Assembly (NCBI GenBank): GCA_041082215.1 | Contig: JBDOIF010000102.1 | Coordinates: 1-41,554, forward strand | Direction of reading: 5' to 3' | Length of the DNA stretch: 41,554 nucleotides | Source of the DNA: Anaerolineae bacterium | GTDB lineage: Bacteria > Chloroflexota > Anaerolineae > B4-G1 > DUEL01 | The notes under the pieces: generated by a model | Told to the model about the DNA's origin: nothing | The model's input: only the letters and a program-made list of their open reading frames with translations | Databases searched by the model: none | Shown: positions 1-11,400 of the stretch, one piece after another | How the letters are laid out: every line of letters begins with the position of its first letter | Position numbering within the stretch: the first letter of the stretch is position 1 | Made by a program: the position numbers and the translations under genes

Positions 1-81
1 AGGGGGTAGCGGCGAAGCCGCTGGGGGAGGGGTGAGGAAATCTTGTAAATACCCCTGTCCCAACTCACGTCCGAACATCAG
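1..81. mobile_element. Right part of a MITE-like palindromic element, truncated by the window edge
   Basis: Reverse complement of 56-81 (CTGATGTTCGGACGTGAGTTGGGACA) matches the left end of the 8239-8405 element at 24/26 nt; it also has the internal GGGGTGAG motif. Confidence 0.7.
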
Positions 82-82
82 T

Positions 83-111
83 TTGACAAGCTTGAGGAGC
101 CGGGGTAAAAT
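83..111 (+). promoter_or_regulatory. Sigma70-type promoter
   Basis: TTGACA (83-88), 17-nt spacer, TAAAAT (106-111), upstream of the ORF at 175. Confidence 0.75.
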
Positions 112-174
112 AGAACCCGACGAGGGTAGTTATCCCAATAACGTCTAAAGGGCGTTCCGGTACGGAGGTGCCCG

Positions 175-744
175 ATGACCTTAAGATTCCATCATGGGAA
201 GTCCCTGGCGGACCTGCTCACCGTGGGCCGGGCGCTGTTGGGGTTCTGTCTGGCTGGTCTGGGATGGGTGAGAGGGGCCGAGGCCCTTCCGACCGCCGTC
301 CTCACCGTCATCCTTTCCTGGCTCACCGACCTGCTGGATGGCCCGCTGGCCCGTCACGCCCCCGACCCCCGGACTACCTGGATCGGCGAGCACGACGCTG
401 AGGCGGACCTGTCTGTCTCGCTGGGGGTGGCTGCCTATCTGGTACTGAGCGGATACCTGCCCGCCTGGATGGGTGGAGCCCTGGTGCTGATGATTTTGGG
501 GCTGTGGATCCTCCACTCCCACCAGCTCGCCTGGCCTTTCTATGCCCTCCCCTATGTCGTCCTCGGCGTGACAGCCTTCCGGGAGGCTCCCCTCTTCGGC
601 TGGCTGGCCGTCGGCTATCTGCTGGCGACGCTGGCGGTGCGCTGGCGCCGCCTCAAGGGGGAGTACCTGCCGCAGTTTTTCCAGGCCGTGGGCAGCCTCC
701 GGGGCAGGGACGGCTCCCGGGCTTCCAACAGCAACGGAGGGTAG
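175..744 (+). CDS. CDP-alcohol phosphatidyltransferase family membrane protein
   Basis: Motif DxxDGxxAR...G...DxxxD (TDLLDGPLARH...IGEHDAEAD), several hydrophobic helices, GGAGG RBS. Confidence 0.75.
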   Translation: MTLRFHHGKSLADLLTVGRALLGFCLAGLGWVRGAEALPTAVLTVILSWLTDLLDGPLARHAPDPRTTWIGEHDAEADLSVSLGVAAYLVLSGYLPAWMGGALVLMILGLWILHSHQLAWPFYALPYVVLGVTAFREAPLFGWLAVGYLLATLAVRWRRLKGEYLPQFFQAVGSLRGRDGSRASNSNGG

Positions 745-894
745 GATTGTCCCTCTCCTGTGAACTGGACGCGATGGCTCCCCGCGCTCCCCTGTACGCC
801 GGGCGGCACGGGGAGCGTGAGCTTTTGTAGTTGACGAATCCCACAGATCAGGCGAACGGCACGAATGCCGTGACCTGGGCCCAGCGGAGGGTAA

Positions 895-3693
895 ATGAGA
901 GATACTATAGAAAAACGGGCGGAATGGCATGCCCGATCGGTAGAAGAGGCGCTGGCCGGGCTGGAGGTAGATCCTCAAAAAGGGTTAACGACGGAGGAGG
1001 CCCGCCGGAGGCTGGCCAGGGTCGGCCCCAACGAGCTGGCCGAGCGGCCCCGGCCGGGCTTCTGGCGGATGTTGCTGGACCAATTCAACAGCTTCCTGGT
1101 CCTCATTCTGATCGCCGCCGCCCTGATCTCCCTCGCCCTGGGCGAGATGGAAGAGGCCATCGCCATTATGGCCATCGTCCTTCTCAACGCTATCCTGGGG
1201 GTTATTCAGGAGCGGCGGGCCGAGGAGGCGCTGGCTGCCCTCAAAAAGATGGCCGCCCCCGATGCCCGTGTCCTCCGCGACGGCCACCGCATCACCATCC
1301 CGGCCCGTGAGCTGGTCCCCGGCGACATCGTCTTCCTCGAAGCCGGCAACTACGTCCCCGCCGACCTCCGGCTACTGGAGGCCGTCAACCTGCGCATAGA
1401 CGAGGCCTCCCTCACCGGCGAGTCGGCAGCGGTGGAGAAGCAGGCCGATGCGGTCCTCCCCGAAGATACCACCCTGGGCGACCGGGTCAACTGTGCCTTT
1501 ATGGGCTCCACCGTCACCTATGGGCGGGGCAAAGGGGTAGCGACCGGCACCGGTATGCAGACCCAGATCGGCATCATCGCCGAGATGATCCAGACCTACG
1601 AGGAGGAACCCACCCCCCTCCAGCGCCGCCTGGACCAGCTCGGGCGCTGGCTGGGCTGGGGGACGCTGGCGATCTGTGGGCTGGTCTTCGTGGTGGCGGT
1701 GATCCGGGATACGGACCTGGGGATGCTCCTCCGCGAGGGGATGAAAGCTTATCTCAATCAGTACGTCCAGATGGTGATCAATCTCTTTCTTACGGCGGTA
1801 AGCCTGGCCATTGCCGCTGTCCCCGAAGGGCTGCCGGCGGTGGTCACCATCTGTCTGGCCCTGGGAATGCGGGAGATGGTCCGCCGCAATGCCCTCATCC
1901 GCCGCCTCCCCGCGGTGGAGACGCTGGGCTCGGCCACCGCGATCTGCTCCGATAAGACCGGCACCCTTACCCAGAACGAGATGACGGCGGTGCGGCTCTA
2001 CGTTGCCAACCTCCGGCTGGACATCTCCGGCGAGGGGTACCAGCCGGTCGGCTCCTTCGATAATTACGGCACACCAGTTGACCCCCGCGACCGTCCGGAT
2101 GTGCTTGCCCTGCTGACCGGTGCACTGCTCTGCTCCGACGCCAGCCTGGAGAAGGACGGCGACGGCTACCGGATGGTGGGCGACCCCACCGAGGGGGCGC
2201 TGGTGGTGGCGGCGGCCAAGGCGGGACTGTGGCGGGAGGAGGTGGAAGAGCGGCTGCCCCGCGTCGCCGAGATCCCCTTTGACTCGGAGCGGAAGCGGAT
2301 GAGCACCATCCACCAGCTGGACGGCCGGGGGCCGATGGGGGTAGAAGGAGAGCGGCCCGGCTACTATGTCGTCTACGTCAAGGGGGCTCCGGATATGGTC
2401 CTGCCCCACTGCCATTCCATCCTGGAAAACAGCGTGGACGTCCCCCTCACCTCTGCCCGCCGCCAGCATATCGAGAACGTCAACAGAGACCTGGGGCGGG
2501 AGGCGCTGCGGGTGCTGGCGGTGGCCTACCGGATGATGGACAGGCTGCCCCAGGAGCTGAACCCCGAGGTGGTGGAGCAGGACCTGACGCTGATCGGCCT
2601 GGTGGCGATGATTGACCCCGCCCGCCCGGAGGTCGGTCCGGCTATCGAGAAGGCGCGCAGGGCGGGGATCCGCACCCTGATGGTCACCGGCGACTACCCG
2701 GATACGGCCCGCGCCATTGCCGAGCAGATCGGCCTCCTGCGGCCCGGCGGGGAGGTGTTGAGCGGCGCGGAGCTGAACGAGATATCCGATGAGGAATTGG
2801 TGGAACGCATCGAGCGGGTGGATGTCTTCGCTCGGGTGAGCCCCCAGCACAAGGTCCGTATCGTGGAGGCGATGAAGGCCCGCGGCCACGTGGTAGCGAT
2901 GACAGGGGACGGGGTGAACGACGCCCCGGCGCTCAAGCGGGCCGATATCGGCGTGGCGATGGGGATCACCGGCACCGACGTCTCCAAAGAGGTGGCCGAT
3001 ATGGTCCTCACCGACGACAACTACACCTCTATTGTCTCCGCCATTGAGCAGGGCCGGATCATCTACTCCAATATCCGTAAGTTCGTCTACTACCTGCTCT
3101 CATGCAACATAGCAGAGATCATGGTCATCTTCCTGGGAGCGCTGGTCGGGCAGCCGCCGCCGCTGACGCCCATCCAGCTCCTGTGGCTGAACCTGCTCAC
3201 CGACGGCGCGCCGGCCCTGGCGCTGGGGATGGAAAAGGGAGACCCGGACATTATGGACCAGCCACCCCGGCCACCACGGGAGCCGGTCATCAACCGACCG
3301 ATGGTGCGGGGGATCGTGGTCCAGACGATCGCCATCACCACAGCGGTGTTGGGAGCCTACGCCATCGGGCTGAAATGGGGGAATGGGAGCTTTGCTCTGG
3401 CGCGGACGATGGCCTTTGTGACCCTCTCCGCCTCCGAGCTTCTCCGGGCCTATACTGCCCGCTCGGAGCGGTATCCACTGGTGCGGCTGGGGCTGTTCAC
3501 CAACCCCTATATGCAGTATGCCGTCGGAGCTTCCTTCCTGCTGCTCCTGGCGGCGGTCTACCTGCCCTTCCTTCAGCCTGTCTTCGACACGGTGCCGCTG
3601 GGCACGCGGGAATGGGGGGTGATGGCTCCCCTCCTCTTCGTCCCGGCGTTTGTGGCGGAGATCAACAAGGCGCTGGACGCGCGGCGGCGGTAG
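895..3693 (+). CDS. Cation-transporting P-type ATPase (type IIA, Ca2+-ATPase-like)
   Basis: DKTGTLT phosphorylation site, TGES, PEGL, KGAP and [12 protein letters not shown] motifs, LWLNLLTDG in TM6; 932 aa. Confidence 0.95.
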   Translation: MRDTIEKRAEWHARSVEEALAGLEVDPQKGLTTEEARRRLARVGPNELAERPRPGFWRMLLDQFNSFLVLILIAAALISLALGEMEEAIAIMAIVLLNAILGVIQERRAEEALAALKKMAAPDARVLRDGHRITIPARELVPGDIVFLEAGNYVPADLRLLEAVNLRIDEASLTGESAAVEKQADAVLPEDTTLGDRVNCAFMGSTVTYGRGKGVATGTGMQTQIGIIAEMIQTYEEEPTPLQRRLDQLGRWLGWGTLAICGLVFVVAVIRDTDLGMLLREGMKAYLNQYVQMVINLFLTAVSLAIAAVPEGLPAVVTICLALGMREMVRRNALIRRLPAVETLGSATAICSDKTGTLTQNEMTAVRLYVANLRLDISGEGYQPVGSFDNYGTPVDPRDRPDVLALLTGALLCSDASLEKDGDGYRMVGDPTEGALVVAAAKAGLWREEVEERLPRVAEIPFDSERKRMSTIHQLDGRGPMGVEGERPGYYVVYVKGAPDMVLPHCHSILENSVDVPLTSARRQHIENVNRDLGREALRVLAVAYRMMDRLPQELNPEVVEQDLTLIGLVAMIDPARPEVGPAIEKARRAGIRTLMVTGDYPDTARAIAEQIGLLRPGGEVLSGAELNEISDEELVERIERVDVFARVSPQHKVRIVEAMKARGHVVAMTGDGVNDAPALKRADIGVAMGITGTDVSKEVADMVLTDDNYTSIVSAIEQGRIIYSNIRKFVYYLLSCNIAEIMVIFLGALVGQPPPLTPIQLLWLNLLTDGAPALALGMEKGDPDIMDQPPRPPREPVINRPMVRGIVVQTIAITTAVLGAYAIGLKWGNGSFALARTMAFVTLSASELLRAYTARSERYPLVRLGLFTNPYMQYAVGASFLLLLAAVYLPFLQPVFDTVPLGTREWGVMAPLLFVPAFVAEINKALDARRR

Positions 3694-3810
3694 GGGCGAC
3701 CAGCAGATCGCCCCATTGTAGGTGCGACCGGCAGGTCGCCCGTACCCCATCGTTGTAGGTGCGACCGGCAGGTCGCCCCATTGTAGGGGCGACCAGCAGG
3801 TCGCCCCTAC
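3690..3810. repeat. Cluster of four GTAG-type REP palindromes between convergent genes
   Basis: Units GTAGG(G/T)GCGACC(A/G)GCAG(A/G)TCGCCC start at 3690, 3718, 3755 and 3783; the last ends in CTAC at 3810. Confidence 0.85.
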
Positions 3811-6011
3811 AGGAGGCGCACCCCCAGCCCCGAATGGCGCTGGCGCACCCTGGCGTTGCGGACGGCGATGCCGATGGCCCGGCGGGTGCCCACCAGCACG
3901 ACCAGCCGCCTGGCCCGCGTGATGGCGGTGTAGAGCAGGTTCCGCTGAAGCATCATATAGTGCTGGGGCAAAACTGGCATCACCACCGCCGGATACTCGT
4001 TCCCCTGGCTCTTGTGCACCGAGATAGCGAAGGCGTGGACCAGCTCATCGGTCTCTGCCCAGTCGTAGACCACCGGGCGGTCGTCCATATCCACCGTCAG
4101 TGTCTGCTCGATCCCGTCAATCTGGACCACCTGACCGATGTCGCCGTTGAAGACCCCCTTATCATAGTTGTTGCGGACCTGCATCACCTTATCCCCCACC
4201 CGGAAGGTCCGCCCCCCGAGCCGCCGTTCTGGCCGGTTCGGGCCAGGTGGGTTGAGGACCTCCTGGAGCCGCCCGTTCAGGTTCTCCACCCCGCACGCCC
4301 CCCGGTACATCGGCGCCAGCACCTGCACCTGGTCCACGGGGTCCAGGCCGAACTTGCGCGGGATGCGGTTCACCACAATATCTACCACCAGATCAGCCGC
4401 TTCCTCGGGGTCCTCTTTTGAGAAGAAATAGAAGTCGTTGTACCGGTTGAGCACCGGCATCTGTCCCTGATTGACCCGATGGGCATTGACGACGATGCCG
4501 CTCTGGGCTGCCTGGCGAAAGATGTGGGTCAGCCGCACCACTTTTGCCCGGCCCGACCGGATCACATCCCGCAGCACGTCCCCTGCCCCCACCGAGGGGA
4601 GCTGGTCCACATCCCCTACCAGCAGGAGATGGACCGCCGGGTCCACCGCCTTGAGCAGATGGTGGGTCAGGAGGAGGTCCAGCATCGAGGCCTCATCCAC
4701 GATCAGGAGGTCCACCGGCAGGGGGTTCTTTTCGTTGCGGCGGAAGCCCTCCTGGGGGGAGTATTCCAGGAGGCGATGGACTGTTTGGGCGGGCCGGTCG
4801 GTGGCCTCGGCGAGCCGCTTGGCGGCCCGGCCGGTGGGGGCGCAGAGCCCGTACCGGCCGCCCAGCCTCTCCAGCACGGCGATGACGGTGCGCACGGTGA
4901 CAGTCTTGCCGGTGCCGGGGCCGCCGGTGAGGACGGTGGTCTTGTGGATGAGGGCGGCCTGCACCGCCTCCCGCTGCTCGGCAGAGAGCTCGATCTCCGA
5001 ATCCCGGGCGACCAGGTCCAGAAGTGCGTCCCAATCCACGTTGCGGAAGCGGCCCAACCGGGTGGCGGGGCTTTCCATCAGCGTGCGCAGCCGGCCCGCC
5101 GCGCCGACCTCCCCCTGGTAGAAGGGGGCCAGATAGACCGCCTGCTCCTCCCGCACCGCCGGGTTGCCGGAGGAAGGTGGCCCATCGGCAGCGGTGGGGT
5201 AGATGAGCCGCTCCCGTCGGACCACCTTTTCGGTGTCCAGCGCCTCAATGGCGGGGCGGATGAGACCGGGGTCCACCTCCAGCAGCCGGGCCGCCTCGGC
5301 CACCAGCTCCTCCTCCGGCATGTAGACGTGGCCGTCGTCCGCCATCTGGCTCAGGGCGTAGGCCACCCCTGCCTCGATGCGGGAGGGAGCGTCCGGCGGC
5401 AGGCCCAGGTCGCGGGCGATCTTGTCGGCGGTCTTGAACCCCACCCCCCAGATGTCGCGGGCCATCCGGTAGGGGTCCTCCTGCACCACCCGCAGGGCAT
5501 CATCCCCATAGGTTCTGTAAATCTTCACCGCCAGGCCGGTGGTGACCCCGTGGCTTTGGAGGAAGAGCATCACCTGCCGGATCGCCTTCTGCTCCTCCCA
5601 GGCGTGGGCGATGGCCGCCGCCCGTTTCGGTCCGACCCCATCCACCTCCCGCAGTCGCTCCGGCTCTTCTTCCATCACCCGGAGGGTGTCGGCGCCGAAG
5701 CGGTCCACGATGCGCTCTGCTGTCACCGGTCCCACCCCCCGGATGAGGCCGGAGCCCAGGTAGCGACGGATTCCCTCCACAGTGGCGGGGAGCAGTTGCT
5801 CGCACCGTTCCGCCCTGAACTGCCGGCCGTACTGCTGATGGGTGGTCCACATCCCCTCCAGCCGCAGCCGCTCGCCGGGCTGGACCTCGGGGAGGTTGCC
5901 GACCACCGTCACCAGGTCCGGCCATCCGGGGACAGAGAGGCGGAGGACGGTATATCCATCCTCCGCGTTGTAGTAGGTCACCCGCTCGACGCTGCCTTCC
6001 AGGCGTTCCAC
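3807..6011 (-). CDS. recD2: ATP-dependent RecD-like DNA helicase (RecD2)
   Basis: N-terminal OB and HhH regions (IRGVGPVTAERIV, GVGFKTADKIA), Walker A GGPGTGKT, SF1 motifs IVDEASM, VGDVDQLPSVG, HKSQGNEY, YTAITRAR. Confidence 0.93.
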   Translation of the reverse strand: MERLEGSVERVTYYNAEDGYTVLRLSVPGWPDLVTVVGNLPEVQPGERLRLEGMWTTHQQYGRQFRAERCEQLLPATVEGIRRYLGSGLIRGVGPVTAERIVDRFGADTLRVMEEEPERLREVDGVGPKRAAAIAHAWEEQKAIRQVMLFLQSHGVTTGLAVKIYRTYGDDALRVVQEDPYRMARDIWGVGFKTADKIARDLGLPPDAPSRIEAGVAYALSQMADDGHVYMPEEELVAEAARLLEVDPGLIRPAIEALDTEKVVRRERLIYPTAADGPPSSGNPAVREEQAVYLAPFYQGEVGAAGRLRTLMESPATRLGRFRNVDWDALLDLVARDSEIELSAEQREAVQAALIHKTTVLTGGPGTGKTVTVRTVIAVLERLGGRYGLCAPTGRAAKRLAEATDRPAQTVHRLLEYSPQEGFRRNEKNPLPVDLLIVDEASMLDLLLTHHLLKAVDPAVHLLLVGDVDQLPSVGAGDVLRDVIRSGRAKVVRLTHIFRQAAQSGIVVNAHRVNQGQMPVLNRYNDFYFFSKEDPEEAADLVVDIVVNRIPRKFGLDPVDQVQVLAPMYRGACGVENLNGRLQEVLNPPGPNRPERRLGGRTFRVGDKVMQVRNNYDKGVFNGDIGQVVQIDGIEQTLTVDMDDRPVVYDWAETDELVHAFAISVHKSQGNEYPAVVMPVLPQHYMMLQRNLLYTAITRARRLVVLVGTRRAIGIAVRNARVRQRHSGLGVRLL

Positions 6012-6020
6012 AGTCCTACC

Positions 6021-6048
6021 GACGTCTGACGTTTGACGTTTGACGTCT
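6021..6048. repeat. Heptamer tandem repeat (GACGT(T/C)T)x4
   Basis: gacgtct gacgttt gacgttt gacgtct read directly between the patatin stop and the recD2 start. Confidence 0.8.
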
Positions 6049-6914
6049 CAAATCCCTGGCCCCCGGGCGTCTCCTCCCAGCACCCTGCGGGCATCCCTGT
6101 ACCCCAGCTCGATCAGCTCCCGGCTGATCTCCGGCTCGTAGCGGATAATACGCAGAAGGCCGGTGTCCTGGCTTGGGGCGATGACCCGGCAGTGGACCGG
6201 CCGGTGCTTTTCGTCCAGCTGGGCGGCCACCAGCCGGTTGACGTTCTCCAGTTGTTTGACGTCGTTCTCGAAGGTAGCGTTGAGGGCCAGGTCCAGCATC
6301 ACGGCGAAGGCCTCCCAGGGCCAGCGGGGTGGGGGGATACGCCGCACGCCGACGGGGGAAAGGAGGACGACAATGATCTCATCGGCTCCGGCGTCAATGG
6401 CCCCGGCCAGAGGGGTGTTGGCCATCACCGCCCCGTCCCAGTAGTGGTGGTCGCCGATCCGGGTCCAGGGGTAGACCAGAGGGATGGAGCAACTGGCCAG
6501 GATGTGATAGGGGGTGAGGGGGGTCTCGGCGCTGTCGAAGATACGCAGCTCGCCGGTCTCCACCTCGGTGGCGGTAATGAGCACCCGCTTATCGGTGCGG
6601 GCGAGCTGTTCGAAGTTAATGAACCGGTGGAGGGTCCGCTGCCAGGGGGAGGTATCGTAAATGGAGCGCCAGGGGCGCAGCCGCCAGAACCGCTGGATGT
6701 CGCGGGTGCGGGTGGCGAGCCAGGCCTGTTCCAGCTCGGCGGCCGTCTTTCCGGAGGCGATGGCAGCGGCGTTGATCGCGCCGATGGAGGTCCCCACCAG
6801 GATTTCGGGGCTCATCCCCGCCTCTTCCAGGTACTTGTAGACCCCGCACTCGTAGGCCCCGCGGCCGCCGCCGCCGGAGAGCACCAGCGCCCGGATCGGT
6901 TTCTCTCTGGACAT
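6048..6914 (-). CDS. Patatin-like phospholipase
   Basis: GGGGRG oxyanion loop, GTSIG nucleophile elbow, DGA motif; start placed at MSREK (6914) because the longer ORF runs through a dispersed repeat. Confidence 0.9.
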   Translation of the reverse strand: MSREKPIRALVLSGGGGRGAYECGVYKYLEEAGMSPEILVGTSIGAINAAAIASGKTAAELEQAWLATRTRDIQRFWRLRPWRSIYDTSPWQRTLHRFINFEQLARTDKRVLITATEVETGELRIFDSAETPLTPYHILASCSIPLVYPWTRIGDHHYWDGAVMANTPLAGAIDAGADEIIVVLLSPVGVRRIPPPRWPWEAFAVMLDLALNATFENDVKQLENVNRLVAAQLDEKHRPVHCRVIAPSQDTGLLRIIRYEPEISRELIELGYRDARRVLGGDARGPGI

Positions 6915-6924
6915 CGCTTTAACC

Positions 6925-7010
6925 ACCTGACACCTTTGTCGGAGACCAGGAGCCTTATCGCGAATGGCTCGAACAGACCGAACCTCACGAATGTTTGCGG
7001 GCAGTTCTGG
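6925..7010 (-). repeat. Dispersed 86-bp repeat (ATTCGTG/CACGAAT nonamer family), copy A
   Basis: Reverse complement aligns ungapped to 27496-27581 at 69/86 nt by hand count. Confidence 0.85.
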
Positions 7011-7017
7011 TCCTGTT

Positions 7018-7047
7018 ATGTAGCGCAAGATTCATCTTGCGCTACAT
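7018..7047. repeat. Perfect GTAG...CTAC REP-like palindrome
   Basis: ATGTAGCGCAAGAT-TC-ATCTTGCGCTACAT, 14-nt arms; includes the M50 gene stop codon. Confidence 0.85.
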
Positions 7048-8175
7048 GCGGTTGTTCCGTACAGGCTGCAGGAGGCCGGGGAGGGTGGTGACCAGCCGAT
7101 AGACCTCCTCCAGGTCCTGGCGTGTGAGCAGGCCCAGAAAGCGGCCTTCCTCCACGACCGGCACGGCCTCCAGGCCGCTTGCTCCCATTTTCTGCTGGGT
7201 ATCGAAGAGATCGTCCTGGGGGCGGACAAGGGGGAACTGCCTCCGCATGACCTCCCGGATCGGTACGCCGGGCCCGCGTTCCTTCAGCCCCACCAGCAGG
7301 TCGGTGCGGGTCAGCATGCCCACCAGTTGCTCGCCGTCGCAAACGGGGAAGTCAGATTGGAAACTCTCCAGGGTGAGGTCCACTGCCCGGCCCAGCGGGT
7401 CCTCAGGGTGGACCGATCGGGCGGTGCGGGAGAAGGCCTGCCCCACACGGAGGCCAGCCAGCGCCGTTTTGACCTGGACCATCCGGCCCTCCTGGGTCGC
7501 GCCGACGTAGACGAAGAGGGCGACCAGCATGGTCAAAACGTTGCGGGTCAGGAGGCCGGATAGCCCGATCAGCCAGGCCAGGCCCTGCCCGACAGAGACG
7601 GCGATGGCTGTGGCCCGTCCGTAGGGCATCACTGTGGCCAGGAGCGCCCTCAGCACCCGCCCACCGTCCATTGGGAAGGCGGGGATCAGGTTGAAGCCGG
7701 CCAGGAAGATGTTGGTGGTGACCAGATAAGGGAGCATGTAGGCCCATTCCAGCCTGCCAGCAGTCGTGATTGCACGAGCAAAGTCGAGCCAGATATGGGA
7801 GGGAAGAAAGAGGACGGTGGGCAAAGCCAGCCCCACCCCGATCAGCCCGCTGGTCACAGGACCGGCGAGGGCCATCAATAGTTCCTGGTAGGGCCGCTCC
7901 GGCAGCTCCTCCATCTGGGCCACGCCGCCCAGGGGGAGGAGGACGATCTCTTTGACCCTGGATCCGAACCCCATCGCTACCAGGCTATGGGCCAGCTCAT
8001 GCAGTACGACACAGACAAAGAGGAGGAGGGTGACCACAACCCCGAAAACAGCCCCTTCCGCCCAGTTCGGCTGGCCCAGGCCGAACTGAAAGGCAGCCAG
8101 GATCAGGATGAGGGGGAAGGTAATGTGTATACGGATGGGGATTCCCCGCACGGTCAGTAACTGAATAGAATTCAT
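7042..8175 (-). CDS. Site-2 protease (peptidase M50) with C-terminal CBS pair
   Basis: HELAH zinc motif, NLIPAFPMDGGR motif, TM helices, two C-terminal CBS repeats. Confidence 0.92.
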   Translation of the reverse strand: MNSIQLLTVRGIPIRIHITFPLILILAAFQFGLGQPNWAEGAVFGVVVTLLLFVCVVLHELAHSLVAMGFGSRVKEIVLLPLGGVAQMEELPERPYQELLMALAGPVTSGLIGVGLALPTVLFLPSHIWLDFARAITTAGRLEWAYMLPYLVTTNIFLAGFNLIPAFPMDGGRVLRALLATVMPYGRATAIAVSVGQGLAWLIGLSGLLTRNVLTMLVALFVYVGATQEGRMVQVKTALAGLRVGQAFSRTARSVHPEDPLGRAVDLTLESFQSDFPVCDGEQLVGMLTRTDLLVGLKERGPGVPIREVMRRQFPLVRPQDDLFDTQQKMGASGLEAVPVVEEGRFLGLLTRQDLEEVYRLVTTLPGLLQPVRNNRM

Positions 8176-8197
8176 TTGGATCTTCCTTTCAGTTCAG

Positions 8198-8226
8198 ACT
8201 ATATCACGGTGAGGGAGGGCTGTCAA
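8198..8226 (-). promoter_or_regulatory. Sigma70-type promoter for the M50 gene
   Basis: Minus strand TTGACA (8226-8221), 17 nt, TATAGT (8203-8198). Confidence 0.7.
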
Positions 8227-8238
8227 GCGGACCCGCGC

Positions 8239-8405
8239 CTGAGGTTCGGACGTGAGTTCGGACACAGGCGCTCATCGGCCGCTTCTGACCTCACCCCTAC
8301 CCCCCTGCCCCCTTCCCCTCTCCGCTGGCCGAGGGGGGAAGGGGGTGAGGGGGATGGGGTGAGGGTCGCTCTCCCACCCTGCCCGAACTCTTGTCCGAAC
8401 CCCGG
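8239..8405. mobile_element. MITE-like element with ~26-bp imperfect terminal inverted repeats and an internal CTCACCCC...GGGGTGAG hairpin
   Basis: Left end CTGAGGTTCGGACGTGAGTTCGGACA vs reverse complement of right end, 21/26; 8254-8297 matches 29904-29947 at 43/44 nt; no credible gene inside. Confidence 0.75.
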
Positions 8406-8415
8406 TTCCGGCCCT

Positions 8416-8444
8416 TTGCCTCCTCCGCCTTATTGGGGTATACT
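8416..8444 (+). promoter_or_regulatory. Sigma70-type promoter for the BTAD regulator
   Basis: TTGCCT (8416-8421), 17 nt, TATACT (8439-8444). Confidence 0.6.
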
Positions 8445-8495
8445 TCACAGGGTATGCAGCTCTGAGTGGAAGGGGTAACCCGCCCGGGAGTCCTC

Positions 8496-11400
8496 GTGTC
8501 TATCTCCAAGCCGGTTCTCGTCCGTTCGAAGCTGCTGGTCCCCAGCCCGGCCGGTCTTCTGCATCGGCCCAGGGTGTGTCGGTCCATCGGGCAGGGACTC
8601 GCCTGCCGGCTGACCATAGTCTCCGCCCCTGCGGGATACGGCAAGACCTCCGCGCTGGTGGATTTCGTCCAGCACACCCCGATCCCGGTCTGCTGGTATA
8701 CCGCCGACGAGCGGGATCGGGACCTTGGAGTGTTTGTCGAATACATCATCGGCGCTGTCCGCGAACGCTTCCCCGGTTTTGGCGAGCGGACCCTTATCGC
8801 ACTGGAAGCGGCCCCTGGCGAGCTATTCCAGAACCCTGCCCCCGTCGTGGGGGAGCTGGTCAACGAGCTGGTGGAGATCGGCTCCCCTCTGGTTCTGGTC
8901 GTGGATAACTACGAGGTGCTGGACGGCGCTGCCGGCATCCGGGCTTTCCTCCATCGTTTGCTCGATCTGATTCCCCCTAACGTTCACCTGATGCTGGGCA
9001 GCCGGGTGCTCCCCGACGTCCCGATCACCCAGCTTGTCGCCAAGCGCCAGCTCGTCGGCCTGACGGTGAAAGACCTCCGTTTCGAACCGGAGGAGATCCG
9101 GGAGCTGCTGCAGTTGCTCCGGATCGAGGTGTCCGAAGCCCAGGCAGAGGCGATCGCTGAGAACTCGGAGGGATGGATCACCGGCGTCCTGCTCCTGGCC
9201 GACCTGCTGCGGGAAACGGCCAGGACAGCCCTGACTGGCGCGGAGCGGGCAACCGCTGAGGCCTACGAGTATCTGGCCCGCGAGGTCCTGAGCCGGCAAC
9301 CACCGGATATCCAGGACTTCCTCCAGGTTTCGGCAGTGTTGCGGGAAATGTCGGTGCGACTGTGCCGGGATGTCCTGGACCTTGGAGCCTCTCAGGCGCT
9401 GCTGGCGGAGGTGGAACGGCGCAACCTCTTCATCACCCGCTTTGGGGAAGGGGCCGGGGCCACCTACCAGTACCACAACCTGTTCCGCGACTTCCTGCAC
9501 GAAAGGCTCCACCAGTATGACCCCGACCGTTATACCGAACTCCACCGTCGCGCTGCGGGCCACTTCGAGCAGGAAGGGGACGTGGAGGAGGCGGTGTACC
9601 ACTACCTCACCGCCGGAATGTACCCACAGGCGACGGCGGTGATGGAACGGGTGGCGATGGAATGGTTCGTCCGCGGGCGGGTAGAGGCGCTGGTGCGATG
9701 GGGCGAGGAGCTTCCGGAGGAGGTGCGCGATCAGGCTCCCCGGTTGTCGTTATACCAGAGCAAGGTGCTCACAGACCGGTATGACTACGAGGGAGCACGG
9801 CGGGCGTTGACCCACGCCGAGTCCGGTTTCGCCGCCCAGGGGGACGTCTCCAATCTGGCTATGGTCCACATCCAGCGGGCGACGCTGGGGCTGTTTGAGG
9901 GGCGTTATGGGGATACCCTCGCCGAGGCCCAGGCCGCCCTGGAGAAACTGGCTCACCCCGAAACGGCGAAACGGGCGGAGGCGCTGCGGCTGATCGGACG
10001 CGCTTCCATCGGCCTGGGGCACGTCCCCGAAGGGATCGCGAGGCTGCGGGAGGCTCTGGCACTGTACCGGCAGGTGGGCAGCCCCTACAACGTGGCCAAC
10101 CTGTTGCAGGACCTGACGCTGGCGTTCACCATGCAGGGGCTTTTCGACGAGGCGGCAGCCTGCCTGAACGAGGCACTGACCATCGGGCGACGGCTGGATG
10201 CGCCGACATTGCTGGCCGGCGTGCTGAACAACCTGGGCTGGCTCCACCATATGCGGGGGGAGTACCAGGAAGCCCTGGCGCTCTACGAGGAGGGACTGGC
10301 TGCAGCAAGGAGGGGAGGGGTCCTGTGGCTTCAGGCGAATATCTCGGTGGGAATGGCCGATCTCTATCGGGACCTGGGAGCCTACGGTCGGGCCGAGCCG
10401 CTGTATAACGCTGGCTGGCAGATCGCCCGGACGAGCGAGCCTGGCCTGGCCGTCTACATCCTGACCGCGCAGGCAGATATGTACCGGTGGCGGGGAGAGT
10501 ACGGCCGGTCTGCTCAGACACTGGAACAGGCCCGACATCTGGCAGAGGAAAAGGGGCTGGAGTTCGAGTTGCAGGGCCTGTTGCCGATGTCCGAGGGGAT
10601 CCTGCTGGCCGAAAGAGGGGAAGGGTCCACCGGCCACCGCGCCCTCTCTGAGGCGGTCCGCTTCCTGGAGCAGAGAAAGGCGACGCGGGAGCTGGCACGC
10701 GCCCGGTTCCTGCTGGCAAAGGCCCATTTCCTGGCAGGGGATCGGGCCAGGGCCGTAGCAGAGCTGCGGCTGGCGATGGGGCTGGCGAAAGAGATCGGCA
10801 CAGACCAGTTCGCCGTCGCGGAGGGACAGCACAGCCCGGGACTGCTGGAACTTGGCATCGCGGAAGGGGTGACAGCCTGCCTGACCACGGCCGAAAAGGT
10901 CCGCAAGCTGAGGGCCTTTGCCGGCAGGGAAGGAGAAATGGCCAGGGAGGAGACGGCCTTTCTGGAGATCTACGCCTTCGGAGGAGGACGGGTCGTCCGT
11001 GACGGCCATCTGGTCTCTTCCTCCGAATGGCAGGCCTCTATGGCCAAGGAACTGTTTTTCTACATCCTCCTCCATGGGCCGGTCAGTCGGGATGCTGTAG
11101 GGCTTGTGTTCTGGCCGGATGCATCGCCCAAGGGGATGCGGGACAGTTTTCACACCACGCTTTATCGCATACGGCGTGCTCTGGGCACAGAAGCAGTGGT
11201 GATGGAGGAGGGAGAATACCGGCTGGGCGACGTGGCCTACTGGTTCGATGTCGAGGAATTCGAGACCCTCGTCGGGCGGGCGCGGCTGCTCCCGCCCGGC
11301 GACTGGCAGACGGAGCATCTCTGGCAGCAGGCGGTCGCCCTCTACAAGGGCGATTTCCTCCCCGAGGTGGAGCGCATCTGGTGCGTGCCGAAGCGGGAAG

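Noticed and set aside
3690..3810. Possible mini-CRISPR or small ORFs (3722-3922, 3759-4421)
   Set aside because: Inter-unit gaps are only a few nt; the ORFs are translations of REP DNA or antisense to recD2
3807..6914. Patatin plus helicase as an anti-phage defence module
   Set aside because: No CD-NTase or other defence genes nearby; RecD2 looks like the ordinary housekeeping type and the context is not island-like
6915..7028. N-terminal extension of patatin
   Set aside because: It is the translation of a dispersed repeat; a near-identical pseudo-peptide appears in ORF 27367-27636
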